A DNA stretch of 32,000 bases from Virgisporangium aliadipatigenens (lineage in GTDB: Bacteria > Actinomycetota > Actinomycetes > Mycobacteriales > Micromonosporaceae), in assembly GCF_016863615.1 (NCBI RefSeq), contig NZ_BOPF01000003.1, forward strand, positions 467,564-499,563, read 5' to 3'. The notes beneath the pieces are model-generated. The model saw nothing but the letters and a program-made list of their open reading frames with translations. It ran no database searches and had not been told where the DNA came from. Shown here piece by piece: positions 1 to 7,985 of the stretch. The position numbers and the translations under genes were made by a program. How positions within the stretch are numbered: the first letter of the stretch is position 1; the number at the start of each line of letters is the position of its first letter.

Positions 1-677
1 GACAACCCGAGCACGACCAGCGCGGCCGGCACCCACCACGAGCCGGCGAGCAGGTACGCCACCGTGGCCGCCGCGACGAACACGGCCGCGCCGGTCGGGC
101 CGATCCACGGGCGCGGCCGCTCGCACAGCGCCCGGATCGCCCGCTCGGCGAGCACCGCCAGCCCGGGCGGCAGCAGCACCAGCACCGCCGCGAGGATCAG
201 CAGCGCCCCGACCAGCGGCTGCCCGACGAACCGCAGCGCGAGCACACCGAGCACCAGCAGCACCGCGCCGGCGACCGCGATCCGCGACGCCCACGGCAGC
301 GGCCGCACCCGCAGGCGCCCGACGCGCAGCTCCTCGTGCTGCCGGGCCGCGCTCACGCCCGCGCCGGCCGCGAGATAGAACGCCAGCGCCCCCACCACAC
401 CGAGCCCGCCCCGGTGCGTGAACGCGAAGAGGGCGAGGCACACCGCGGCGACGGCGGCGAGCGCCAGACCGGCCGGGGCCGGCACAGTCCACTGTCGATG
501 GTCGTCGAGGCTGTCCACGTACTGGCCGCGCACCCACAGCGTGGCCATCGCGATGAACACCACGAACGCCAGCTGCGTCACCGGCGTCGGCACCCCGGCA
601 CGGGCGAGGAACAGCAACACGATGACGGCGACCGCGAAACAGATCGTGCGGCGCAGCGGACCGTACCTGTCGACCAT
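1..677 (-). CDS. polytopic membrane protein of unknown function (3' end runs off the window)
   Basis: Not in the ORF track because no stop lies in the window. My minus-strand translation from the ATG (complement of 675-677) has no stops: MVDRYGPLRRTICFAVAVIVLLFLARAGV...LLILAAVLVLLPPGLAVLAERAIR...AYLLAGSWWVPAALVVLGL. It shows several hydrophobic helices and high GC3. Divergent from the next gene. Confidence 0.5.
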   Translation of the reverse strand, partial: MVDRYGPLRRTICFAVAVIVLLFLARAGVPTPVTQLAFVVFIAMATLWVRGQYVDSLDDHRQWTVPAPAGLALAAVAAVCLALFAFTHRGGLGVVGALAFYLAAGAGVSAARQHEELRVGRLRVRPLPWASRIAVAGAVLLVLGVLALRFVGQPLVGALLILAAVLVLLPPGLAVLAERAIRALCERPRPWIGPTGAAVFVAAATVAYLLAGSWWVPAALVVLGL

Positions 678-763
678 GCCCAGAACGGTCCCACCGCCGC
701 GCGGCCCGACGCGATCCCGTTCCACCGTCCGAGGCTGTCCGGTTGCGGACCTACGATGGGGCG

Positions 764-1357
764 ATGGCGTTGTTGCACCGGGCCACGCTGAGCCCGACGA
801 AGCTCGAACTGATGACGGACTGGCTGCCCCGGCAGGACTGGTGGGCCGGTGGTCCGATCGGGCGGGTGGCCTCGTACCGGTTTGACGACCCGGATGGCGA
901 GGTGGGTGTCGAGACGACGCTGACCCGCGGCGGCGACGCCGTCTACCAGGTGCCGCAGACCTACCGGGCGGCGCCGCTGCCGGACGCCGAACGTTGGCTC
1001 GTCGGCACCTCCGAGCACTCCGTCCTGGGCAAGCGGTGGATCTACGACGCGGCCGGCGACCCGGTGTACGCGGCGGCGCTGGCCCGTGCCGTGCGCACCG
1101 GCGAGGGCCAGGCCCGCGAGTACTTCGAGGAGAACGGCGTGCGCGAGTACCGGCCGTCGTCGCTGGAGATCGCCGTCGGGGAGCCCGGGACGGCGCTTCC
1201 GTCCGATGTGGACGGTGTCACCCTCGTGGTCGACGGGCTGGAACTGCTCGTGGTGCGCCGCCTCGATCCGGCCGGCGCGTTGTCCGGTGCGGTGCTCACC
1301 GGCACCTGGACGGGGCAGGAGGAGCCGGTCGCGCTGGTCTACGGCCGCCGCCTCTGA
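764..1357 (+). CDS. conserved actinobacterial protein, maltokinase N-terminal cap-like domain
   Basis: ORF 743..1357. The N-terminus MALLHRATLSPTKLELMTDWLPRQDWW and the later TSEHSVLGKRWIYDAAGDPV match my memory of the maltokinase-cap-like family. ATG at 764 is preferred over 743 because family members start at MA..H...L.P.KLEL. Balanced residue composition. Confidence 0.65.
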   Translation: MALLHRATLSPTKLELMTDWLPRQDWWAGGPIGRVASYRFDDPDGEVGVETTLTRGGDAVYQVPQTYRAAPLPDAERWLVGTSEHSVLGKRWIYDAAGDPVYAAALARAVRTGEGQAREYFEENGVREYRPSSLEIAVGEPGTALPSDVDGVTLVVDGLELLVVRRLDPAGALSGAVLTGTWTGQEEPVALVYGRRL

Positions 1358-1376
1358 GCCCTCCGTCGACCGTCCT

Positions 1377-1404
1377 CATCGGACGGTGGTTGCACCGTCC
1401 GATG
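1377..1404 (+). terminator. perfect 12-bp stem / 4-nt loop hairpin (terminator or operator palindrome)
   Basis: catcggacggtg-gttg-caccgtccgatg. It sits 20 nt after the TGA at 1355-1357 and 56 nt before the ATG at 1460. No U-tract, which is common in high-GC actinomycetes. Confidence 0.4.
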
Positions 1405-1459
1405 TCATCCGGGCCGTCCTTCTCCTGACCGGGCGGCCGCGCCGCTACAGTCCCGCGCT

Positions 1460-2158
1460 ATGACCGCGCCGCACACCGGTTCGCCGCCGGCCGGGGGCCT
1501 GTGGGCGCGGGCCGCCCCGCTGGCACCCGACTCGGTGCTGCGCGCCCTCGCGGCCGCGTGCGCGGACACCGAGATCGCCGGCCGGCCGGTCGTTCGGCTG
1601 CGCCTCGCCTCGGGACAGGTCGAGACCGGGCGCCTGATCCGGGTCGGCGTCGAGCGCACCGACGAGGTGGTGGTGCTCGGCCTTCCCGCCGAACGCCATC
1701 GGCCGCCGGACGAGGCGCTGTACGTGCGCGTGCGTTCGGTCGTGGCGGTCGGGGTGCTCGAGGCGGAGCAGCACCGCGACGTGCTGAGCGGCGGCACGCT
1801 CGCCGCACCCGTCACCGGCGAACCCGTCACCCGCCTCGCGCTGCGCCGGCGATACGCGCCGACCGCCGAACTCCCGCTGCGGCCGGACTGGGACACGTGT
1901 CCGGACACCCCGGAGGCGCTCGCCAACCTCGCGGCCGTGTTGGAGGCCGTCCGCACGGCCGCCGACGCGGTACGAGCCGACGCGCTCGGCCGGCAGGCGT
2001 GGGCGGCGGTCGGGGCCGTTCGGCTGGCGCACCGGCCCGGGGAACCCCTCACCGTCCGGCGCGGGCCGGACGGGCTCACGCTCGCCGTGGACCTGATCGC
2101 GGCGCTGCCCCGCCACCTCACGGACGAGGTCACGCGGGGAATCGAATCCGTGCTCTGA
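1460..2158 (+). CDS. hypothetical protein
   Basis: 232-aa ORF with balanced composition (not an Arg/Pro shadow) and high GC3. It is followed 11 nt later by the next gene. No family recognised. Confidence 0.65.
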   Translation: MTAPHTGSPPAGGLWARAAPLAPDSVLRALAAACADTEIAGRPVVRLRLASGQVETGRLIRVGVERTDEVVVLGLPAERHRPPDEALYVRVRSVVAVGVLEAEQHRDVLSGGTLAAPVTGEPVTRLALRRRYAPTAELPLRPDWDTCPDTPEALANLAAVLEAVRTAADAVRADALGRQAWAAVGAVRLAHRPGEPLTVRRGPDGLTLAVDLIAALPRHLTDEVTRGIESVL

Positions 2159-2169
2159 AGGGATTTCGC

Positions 2170-2577
2170 ATGGGACTGGCCGAACGTCGGGCGGCGGAGA
2201 GGTTCCGCACCGAGGAGTTCCCCGGCTGGAAGAGCAAGCTCGACGAGGCGGCGCACTTCCCGGTGCCGGTCGACGTCGAGTGGTCCGAGCTGGCGAACAA
2301 CGAGTTCCACGAGCAGTACACCGACCTGTTCGCCCGGGTCTACTTCGGGCCGCTGGTGCGCGCGCTCACCGCGATCACCGTGGACGACCTGGGCATCGAG
2401 GCGCTGCGCGAGGGGCTGAGCCGGATCGTCGTGCGCAACACCTACACGTACGCGAGCGAGACCGGGTTCTCGTTCGCCGACGGCGTGCTGACGATCGACC
2501 ACCGCGGCGACGCGAACATCGACCACGAGGACGACCGGGCCAAGTGGCTGCAGCAGCTCCTGGAGAAAAACCTGTAG
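2170..2577 (+). CDS. hypothetical protein (135 aa)
   Basis: Internal ATG of track ORF 1501..2577 at 2170 (in frame). MGLAERRAAERFRTEEFPGWKSKLDEAAHF...DDRAKWLQQLLEKNL has a normal globular composition, whereas the upstream part of that ORF is Arg/Gly/Pro junk overlapping the previous gene. Likely an operon with 1460..2158. Confidence 0.7.
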   Translation: MGLAERRAAERFRTEEFPGWKSKLDEAAHFPVPVDVEWSELANNEFHEQYTDLFARVYFGPLVRALTAITVDDLGIEALREGLSRIVVRNTYTYASETGFSFADGVLTIDHRGDANIDHEDDRAKWLQQLLEKNL

Positions 2578-2712
2578 CGCCCGTTCCGCGGGACCCGGGG
2601 CGCGCATCCCGCGGTGAGTCTTTCGGGTGTTTGTAACCGGAGACATCCCGTCGATCTCCCACGCTGGCGATACTTGGCCGTCGGTTGCCCGGCGCCTCGA
2701 GGGGAAGTCGTG

Positions 2713-4368
2713 ATGCGCGTCGACGTACTGATCGTCTCGGCGTTGCCGGTGGAGTTCGAGGAGGCGCGTGCCGCCGGCTCGGCACCGCCGCCGGCGGGCT
2801 TCGGCATCGCCGACTGGGTCGAACGCGACCGCGACGGCCCCGCGCCCTACCTCCTCGGCCGGGGAGTGCGAGCGGGCGGCCGGCGGGTGACGGTGGCGCT
2901 CGCGCGTCCGGCGCGGATGGGCGGCCGGACGGTCGGCGCGCTGACCGCCGTGCTGGCCGAACGGCTGCGGCCCGCGTGCGTCGCCCTGTGCGGCGTGTGC
3001 GCCGGAAACCCGGCGATCGTCGGCCTGGGCGATGTGGTGGTCGCCGAGATCGCCTACGCGTACGACGAGGGCCGGCAGACCGCCGACGGGCTGGTCGCCG
3101 ACCATCGCCAGACGGCTCTCGACCCGGGCTGGCTACGGGCGGTTCAGGACTTCTCGCCGGCCGGACTGCCGAGCCACGGGCCGGCGGACGACCACGAGGC
3201 GACGACTTGGCTGCTGGAGCAGCTCCTGCACGGGAGACAACCCGGTGGGCATCCGGCCCGGGACAGGTTCTTCCCGGGCGGCGCGTGGGCCGGTCGGCTG
3301 GCGGCGCTGGCGGAGGAGGGCGTCGTCGCGCGGCGGGATGCGGACTGGGTGCTGACCCCGCACGGTCGCACGGTGGCGGAGCGGGCCCTGCACGACGACG
3401 CGCGGGGGCCGGGTCGCCTGCCGTTCGCCGTGGTGGCGGGCCCGATGGCCAGCGGCAGCGCGGTGGTCCGCGACGGCGCCACCTGGGAACGGATCGGCGG
3501 CATGGGCGTGCGCACGGTTGCCGGGCTGGAGATGGAGGCGGCCGCCGTCGCGACCGTGGCGCAGCAGCAGCGGATCGGGCACTGGCTGGTGGCCAAGGGC
3601 GTGAGCGACCACGCCGACCGGGCCAAGGACGACCGCTACCGGCGGTTCGCCGCCCGGGCCTCCGCCGAGGTGCTCTACGCGCTGCTGGGCCGGTTGATGC
3701 CGCAGCCGCAACGGCCGGTCCGGTGGGCCGCGGCGGCGTCGGCCGGTGTGCTGGCCGTCGGGCTGGTCGCCGGCGGGTCGGCCTTCGGCGCACACCTGTC
3801 ATCCGACGACCGGGGTGGCGCCCCGGCGCCGTTGGTCTCGCGCACGGCGTCGGACGCCGCGCGGTCCGCGCCGTCCGCCTCGTATCCGGCGGTGCCGTCC
3901 GCCTCGTCCACGGCGCGCGGCCCGGACCCGGCGCCGGGTGCGCCCACCGCGGGCCCGCCGTCCGGCAGTCGCACGGGCGGTGCCGGGCCGACGGGCGGTG
4001 CCGGGCCGACCGGTGGTGCGCCCGCCACGGGCCGGTTCCACGGCGCGATCCTCTTCGACGAGAAATGGTTCGGCTGGACGCTGGCGACCGGACAGTCGAT
4101 CGACGGCACGGTCACCGGCTGGTCCGCCGGGTTCCAGGTCTGGCTGTTCGCGCGCGCGGAGAACACCGACGAGGTGATCGCGCAGGGCCCGTGCACCGTC
4201 GACGGTGGCCGGTGGACCTGCGCGAATCTCCAACTGGACGGCCCGGCGGGCACCCGGGAGCACCTCGACGTCGTCGTCGCCTCCGACGCCGAGGCCGCGA
4301 ACTACGCGGGCCGCTCGACGGTGCCGCGCACCGCCGCCGGCGACGCCACCCAGATCTACAAGGGCTGA
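2713..4368 (+). CDS. membrane-anchored PNP_UDP (nucleoside phosphorylase / MTA-SAH nucleosidase superfamily) protein with an inserted helical segment, one TM helix, a low-complexity linker and a C-terminal extracytoplasmic domain
   Basis: ATG at 2713 with ggggaag 6-12 nt upstream. Nucleosidase-fold motifs: MRVDVLIVSALPVEFEEA (first strand), CGVCAGNP (glycine-rich phosphate/ribose loop), VAGLEMEAAAVATVA and VAKGVSDHAD (the xEMEaaA and ISDxAD signatures). About 110 aa are inserted around nt 3100-3420. A hydrophobic helix WAAAASAGVLAVGLVAGGSAFGA lies around nt 3724-3792. A P/G/S/T/A linker contains the TGGAGP repeats. The last 110 aa or so carry two Cys. Confidence 0.75.
   Translation: MRVDVLIVSALPVEFEEARAAGSAPPPAGFGIADWVERDRDGPAPYLLGRGVRAGGRRVTVALARPARMGGRTVGALTAVLAERLRPACVALCGVCAGNPAIVGLGDVVVAEIAYAYDEGRQTADGLVADHRQTALDPGWLRAVQDFSPAGLPSHGPADDHEATTWLLEQLLHGRQPGGHPARDRFFPGGAWAGRLAALAEEGVVARRDADWVLTPHGRTVAERALHDDARGPGRLPFAVVAGPMASGSAVVRDGATWERIGGMGVRTVAGLEMEAAAVATVAQQQRIGHWLVAKGVSDHADRAKDDRYRRFAARASAEVLYALLGRLMPQPQRPVRWAAAASAGVLAVGLVAGGSAFGAHLSSDDRGGAPAPLVSRTASDAARSAPSASYPAVPSASSTARGPDPAPGAPTAGPPSGSRTGGAGPTGGAGPTGGAPATGRFHGAILFDEKWFGWTLATGQSIDGTVTGWSAGFQVWLFARAENTDEVIAQGPCTVDGGRWTCANLQLDGPAGTREHLDVVVASDAEAANYAGRSTVPRTAAGDATQIYKG
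3973..4022 (+). repeat. in-frame tandem 18-bp repeat (about 2.6 copies) encoding (TGGAGP)n in the linker
   Basis: acgggcggtgccgggccg occurs at 3973-3990 and again at 3991-4008, followed by the diverged partial copy accggtggtgcgcc. Confidence 0.8.
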
Positions 4369-4372
4369 GCGA

Positions 4373-5977
4373 TCACACCCGGAAGGTTTCGACCGCCTTA
4401 CGGAGTTCCCGCGAAATGTCGGCGAGGTCGACGGCCGCGTCCCGGGTCGCTGTCGCGGCGTCGCGGGCGCTGCCGGTCGCGGCGACCACCTCGCTGATCT
4501 CCGCGGAGATCTGGGAGGTACCCATCGCGGCCCGGTTGAGGTCGCCGGACATCGTGCCCGTGGTGGCGCTCTGCTGCTCGACGGCCGAGGCGATGGTGTT
4601 CTGGTAGTCGCTGATCCGCGCGATGACCTGGCTGATGCCGGAGATGGAGTGGACGGCGGTGCGGGCGTCCTGCTGGATGGCCTCGATGCGGCGGCCGATC
4701 TCCTCGGTCGCCTTGGCGGTCTCCTGCGCCAGGTCCTTGACCTCGCCGGCCACGACAGCGAAGCCGCGGCCGCTCTCGCCGGCGCGGGCCGCCTCGATGG
4801 TGGCGTTGAGGGCGAGGAGGTTGGTCTGGGCGGCGATCGCGGTGATCACCTTGACGACGCTGTCGATCTCGGCGGAGGAGTTGCCGAGCTTGACCATCAG
4901 GCTCTCGGCGTCGGCGGCCACCCCGACGGCCTGGGTGGCGACCTCGGCGGCCTGGGTGGCGTTCGCGGAGATCTCGCCGATCGAGGCCCCCATCTCCTCG
5001 GCGCCGCCGGCCACGGCGTGCACGCCGGCGGTGACGCTGCCCGCGGCGGTGTCGATCGACGCCACCCGCGACGAGGTGTGCTCGACCGTGGCGGTCAGGT
5101 CGCGGCTCGCCCCGGCGAGATCCTCCGAACGGGCGGAGAGGCCGGCGCTGGTGGCGGCGAGGGTGCTGACGGTGGCGCGCATCTTCGTGGTCGCCTGGTG
5201 CAGCGCCCGGGACATCTCGCCGATCTCGGTCTGTGACGTGTCGGCGGGGCGTTCGGTCAGGTCGCCCTCGGCGACGGCGGTGAGGCGGTCGCGGAGTTCG
5301 CGCATGCGACGGGCGAGACTGTGCGCGACACCGAGGGCGAACGCCCCCGCCAGCAGCACGCCGAGCACCAGGAACACGCCGGTGTACAGCCGTGCGCCCG
5401 CCGATGCGGCCTTGACGTCCTCGGCGGCCTGCTGCGCGTGGGTGAGCGCCAGTTGCTTGGCCGCCTCCAGGTCCTTGACCGCCTGGTTGGTGGCCGGGTT
5501 CAGTTTGGTGGTGCGGAAGTCCTGCCACTCCACCAGCCGTCCCGACTCCTTGATGCCGGCGGACTCCTTGCTCAGCGCGAGGTAGTTCTTCCAGGAGGCC
5601 TCGAAGGTGCGCATCGCGTCGCGCTCCGGGCCGGTCACGGCGAGGCTGTTGTACGCGGCGATCTTCTCCGTCACCTCGGCCCGCAGGGCGGTGGTCTCCT
5701 TGGCGTAGTCCGCCGCCTTCGCCGGGTCGGCGGCGGTCAGGTTGGACAGGCTGGACCAGCGCTGGTGCCACACGAGTTGGTGGATGTCGTCGATCGTGTG
5801 CAACGGCTTGAGCGACTGGTCGTACACCGCCTCCGTGCCGGCCGCGATGCGGTTGATCTGCACGATGCCCACGGTGCCGATCGCGGCGGCGGCCGCCAGA
5901 GCGAACCCCGCCGTCATGAGCAGAGTGGTGCGGATGCTGCGCCCGCGCAGCACGCCGGAGACAAGACCGTTCACCAT
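4373..5977 (-). CDS. methyl-accepting chemotaxis protein (four-helix-bundle sensor, HAMP, MA domain)
   Basis: Signature hairpin [31 protein letters not shown]. Two TM helices flank a periplasmic helical region of about 170 aa. The HAMP-like segment is [22 protein letters not shown]. The start may instead be GTG at 6007. Convergent with the previous gene, with 4 nt between stops. Confidence 0.9.
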   Translation of the reverse strand: MVNGLVSGVLRGRSIRTTLLMTAGFALAAAAAIGTVGIVQINRIAAGTEAVYDQSLKPLHTIDDIHQLVWHQRWSSLSNLTAADPAKAADYAKETTALRAEVTEKIAAYNSLAVTGPERDAMRTFEASWKNYLALSKESAGIKESGRLVEWQDFRTTKLNPATNQAVKDLEAAKQLALTHAQQAAEDVKAASAGARLYTGVFLVLGVLLAGAFALGVAHSLARRMRELRDRLTAVAEGDLTERPADTSQTEIGEMSRALHQATTKMRATVSTLAATSAGLSARSEDLAGASRDLTATVEHTSSRVASIDTAAGSVTAGVHAVAGGAEEMGASIGEISANATQAAEVATQAVGVAADAESLMVKLGNSSAEIDSVVKVITAIAAQTNLLALNATIEAARAGESGRGFAVVAGEVKDLAQETAKATEEIGRRIEAIQQDARTAVHSISGISQVIARISDYQNTIASAVEQQSATTGTMSGDLNRAAMGTSQISAEISEVVAATGSARDAATATRDAAVDLADISRELRKAVETFRV

Positions 5978-6017
5978 GCGAGAACATTCGGCGGTGTCGG
6001 CCGTCACTTGATCGAGG

Positions 6018-6514
6018 TCAGTTCAAGAGGACGTATCGGTTGGCACCCGCTGCCGCCGACCGGGGGACAGCAGGCCGCATCGCCGGCAGTTCGACGTAGC
6101 GGTGCAGCAGTGCCGCACAGCCCAGGCACACCAGCAGGAACGCCAGCACCGCCGCCGGTCCGTGCCGGCCGGTGAAGCCGTTCGGGTGGTCGAGCAGGCG
6201 CAGGGCGGCGCCGATGAGCCGGCCACCAGCCAGGTGAACGCGAAGACGCCGGTCGGCGGGTGGCAGGAGTTCCTGCAGCGGCCACCAGCGGATCGACGGG
6301 CAACCCCCAGCACAGCAGCGCCACGAGCACCACGGCCCACATGACCGCGTGGCTCCGGAAGATCTTCGCGAGCCGCCGCCATGACCCGCATCGTTCCCAC
6401 GTGGTATCCGAAGACCAGCATCGCGGCGATCCAGCGCAGACCGGTCAGCGACGGCAGCCGGGCCGGGAGAGCGGACGCGTCCTGCTGGGGCGCGGCGGGG
6501 AGCACGGCGGTCAT
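6018..6514 (-). pseudogene. decayed acyltransferase family 3 (membrane O-acyltransferase) remnant
   Basis: Recognisable pieces lie in three different frames. N-terminus MTAVLP...RLPSLTGLRWIAAMLVFGYH is in the frame of ORF 6023..6679. AKIFRSHAVMWAVVLVALLCWGLP is in the frame of 6004..6342. The C-terminus SIRWWPLQELL...LIGAALRLL...AAVLAFLLVCLGCAALLHRYVELPAMR is in the frame of 6018..7697. The total is about 165 codons, against my recollection of several hundred residues for intact family members. Confidence 0.5.
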
Positions 6515-6635
6515 GAGTACGAGACAGTAACGTCCGGCTATCTGCCGGTTCGTCCGGAGTCGCTCGCGGGGTGCCGGGCGCCACAGCCTGTGGCAGAGTC
6601 GGGGAGGTGATCTCACCCGACGCGGGCCTCGACCG

Positions 6636-7121
6636 GTGACGGATCTCCTCGCGCACGCCCGCGACCTGCTGGCGCGCAACCGCTACCTCACCCTCGGGAC
6701 CGCCGATCCCGACGGCCGTCCGTGGCTGAGCCCCGTCTACTTCGCCGCCGCCGACGAGCGCGAGTTCGTCTGGTGCTCCGAGTCCGACGCCCGCCACTCC
6801 CGCAATCTGGTCGAACGCCCCCGGGTCAGCGTCGTCGTCTACGACTCGACGGTGCCGGCCTACCACGGGCGGGCGGTGTACGCGACGGCCACGGCGCGCG
6901 AGGTGCCGGACGACGGCCTCGACCGGGCGTTGGACATCTACCCCGGCCCGCCGGAGCGTGGGGGCGTGTCGTTGACGCGGGCGGACGTCACCGGTGCGGA
7001 GCCGTACCGGATGTACGTGGCGAGCGTGTCGCGGTTGTGGGTGCTGTGCCCGCGCGAACCCCGGACGCCGTGTGCGTTGCACGGCCTGTCGAAGGATCAC
7101 CGGGCGCTCGTCGAGCCGTAG
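6636..7121 (+). CDS. pyridoxamine 5'-phosphate oxidase family (FMN-binding split-barrel) protein
   Basis: 161-aa ORF. ARDLLARNRYLTLGTADPDGRPWLSPVYFAAADEREFVWCSESDARHSRNLVERPRVSVVVYD is a typical PNPOx-like N-terminal pattern. Confidence 0.8.
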   Translation: MTDLLAHARDLLARNRYLTLGTADPDGRPWLSPVYFAAADEREFVWCSESDARHSRNLVERPRVSVVVYDSTVPAYHGRAVYATATAREVPDDGLDRALDIYPGPPERGGVSLTRADVTGAEPYRMYVASVSRLWVLCPREPRTPCALHGLSKDHRALVEP

Positions 7122-7130
7122 CGTGGTGCC

Positions 7131-7985
7131 ATGAGGATTGACGCGCATCACCACGTGTGGGAGTTGGCGAGGCATCCACAGGAGTGGATGAGTGCCGACG
7201 AACGTGCCGTCATCGGGCGGGACTTCGCCACCGCCGACTGGGCGGCCGAGGCGGGGCCGTGCGGGATCAACTCGGGCGTTCTCGTGCAGACCGTCGCCGA
7301 TCCGGCCGAGACGCCGGACCTGCTGGACATCGCCGCCGCCGAGCCGGGCACCGTCGGGGTCGTCGGCTGGGTGGCGTTCGAGGGGGAGCCGGCGAACGCG
7401 CTCGACGCGCTGCTCGATCACCCGCACGCGCAGTGGCTGGTCGGCGTGCGCGATCTGACCGACGCGCGGGCCGCGGACGGGTTCCTGATCACCCCCGCCG
7501 CGAGCCACGCCGTCGCCGCGGTGGGCCAGCGGTCCCTGACCCTCGATCTCCTTGTCCGGGAACGTCATCTGCCCGCCGTCGCCGTCGCCGCTTACGCCCA
7601 CCCGGGCACGCGTATGGTCATCGACCACCTCGCCAAGCCCGACCTCGACGTCCTGCCCGCGGGCGAGTGGACGGCACTGATGCGCCCCGCCGCGCACGCG
7701 CCGAACGTGGCGGTGAAGTTCTCCGGGTTCGCCACCCAGGTGCGCGAGCTCAAGTCGGCCGGTGCGCAGGTGCGCGACTATCTCGACGCGGCGTTGACGC
7801 TGTTCGGGCCGGATCGGGTGATGTTCGGCAGCGACTGGCCGGTGTGCACGGTCGGCGCGCCGTACCCGGAGGTCGTCGCCGCCGTCGAGGACGCGGTCGG
7901 CCGGCTCGCCGACGGGGAGCGCGAGGCGTTCTGGTGGGGAACGGCCTCCGACTGGTACCGGCTCGACGCGGGAGGCCGCCGATGA
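7131..7985 (+). CDS. amidohydrolase 2 family protein (L-fucono-1,5-lactonase-like)
   Basis: The metal-binding N-terminus MRIDAHHHVW and the C-terminal VMFGSDWPV motif are characteristic of the amidohydrolase_2 lactonase/decarboxylase family. Confidence 0.85.
   Translation: MRIDAHHHVWELARHPQEWMSADERAVIGRDFATADWAAEAGPCGINSGVLVQTVADPAETPDLLDIAAAEPGTVGVVGWVAFEGEPANALDALLDHPHAQWLVGVRDLTDARAADGFLITPAASHAVAAVGQRSLTLDLLVRERHLPAVAVAAYAHPGTRMVIDHLAKPDLDVLPAGEWTALMRPAAHAPNVAVKFSGFATQVRELKSAGAQVRDYLDAALTLFGPDRVMFGSDWPVCTVGAPYPEVVAAVEDAVGRLADGEREAFWWGTASDWYRLDAGGRR

Noticed and set aside
3973-4022. Tandem repeats as a possible CRISPR or VNTR array.
   Set aside because: The units are directly adjacent with no spacers, are in frame, and lie inside a coding low-complexity linker.
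1405-4607. ORFs 1405..3105 (-), 2375..3802 (-), 2685..4607 (+), 1501..2169 (+ upstream part), 3133..3795 (-) and others.
   Set aside because: Low-complexity RPGA composition. They overlap three plus-strand genes that have balanced composition and, for the nucleosidase, family motifs.
6004-6679. ORFs 6004..6342 (-), 6023..6679 (-), 6102..6344 (+) and 6260..6610 (+) as separate small genes.
   Set aside because: The minus-strand pieces each carry only a fragment of an acyltransferase-3 signature and are better explained as one frameshifted relic. The plus-strand ORFs are compositionally junk.
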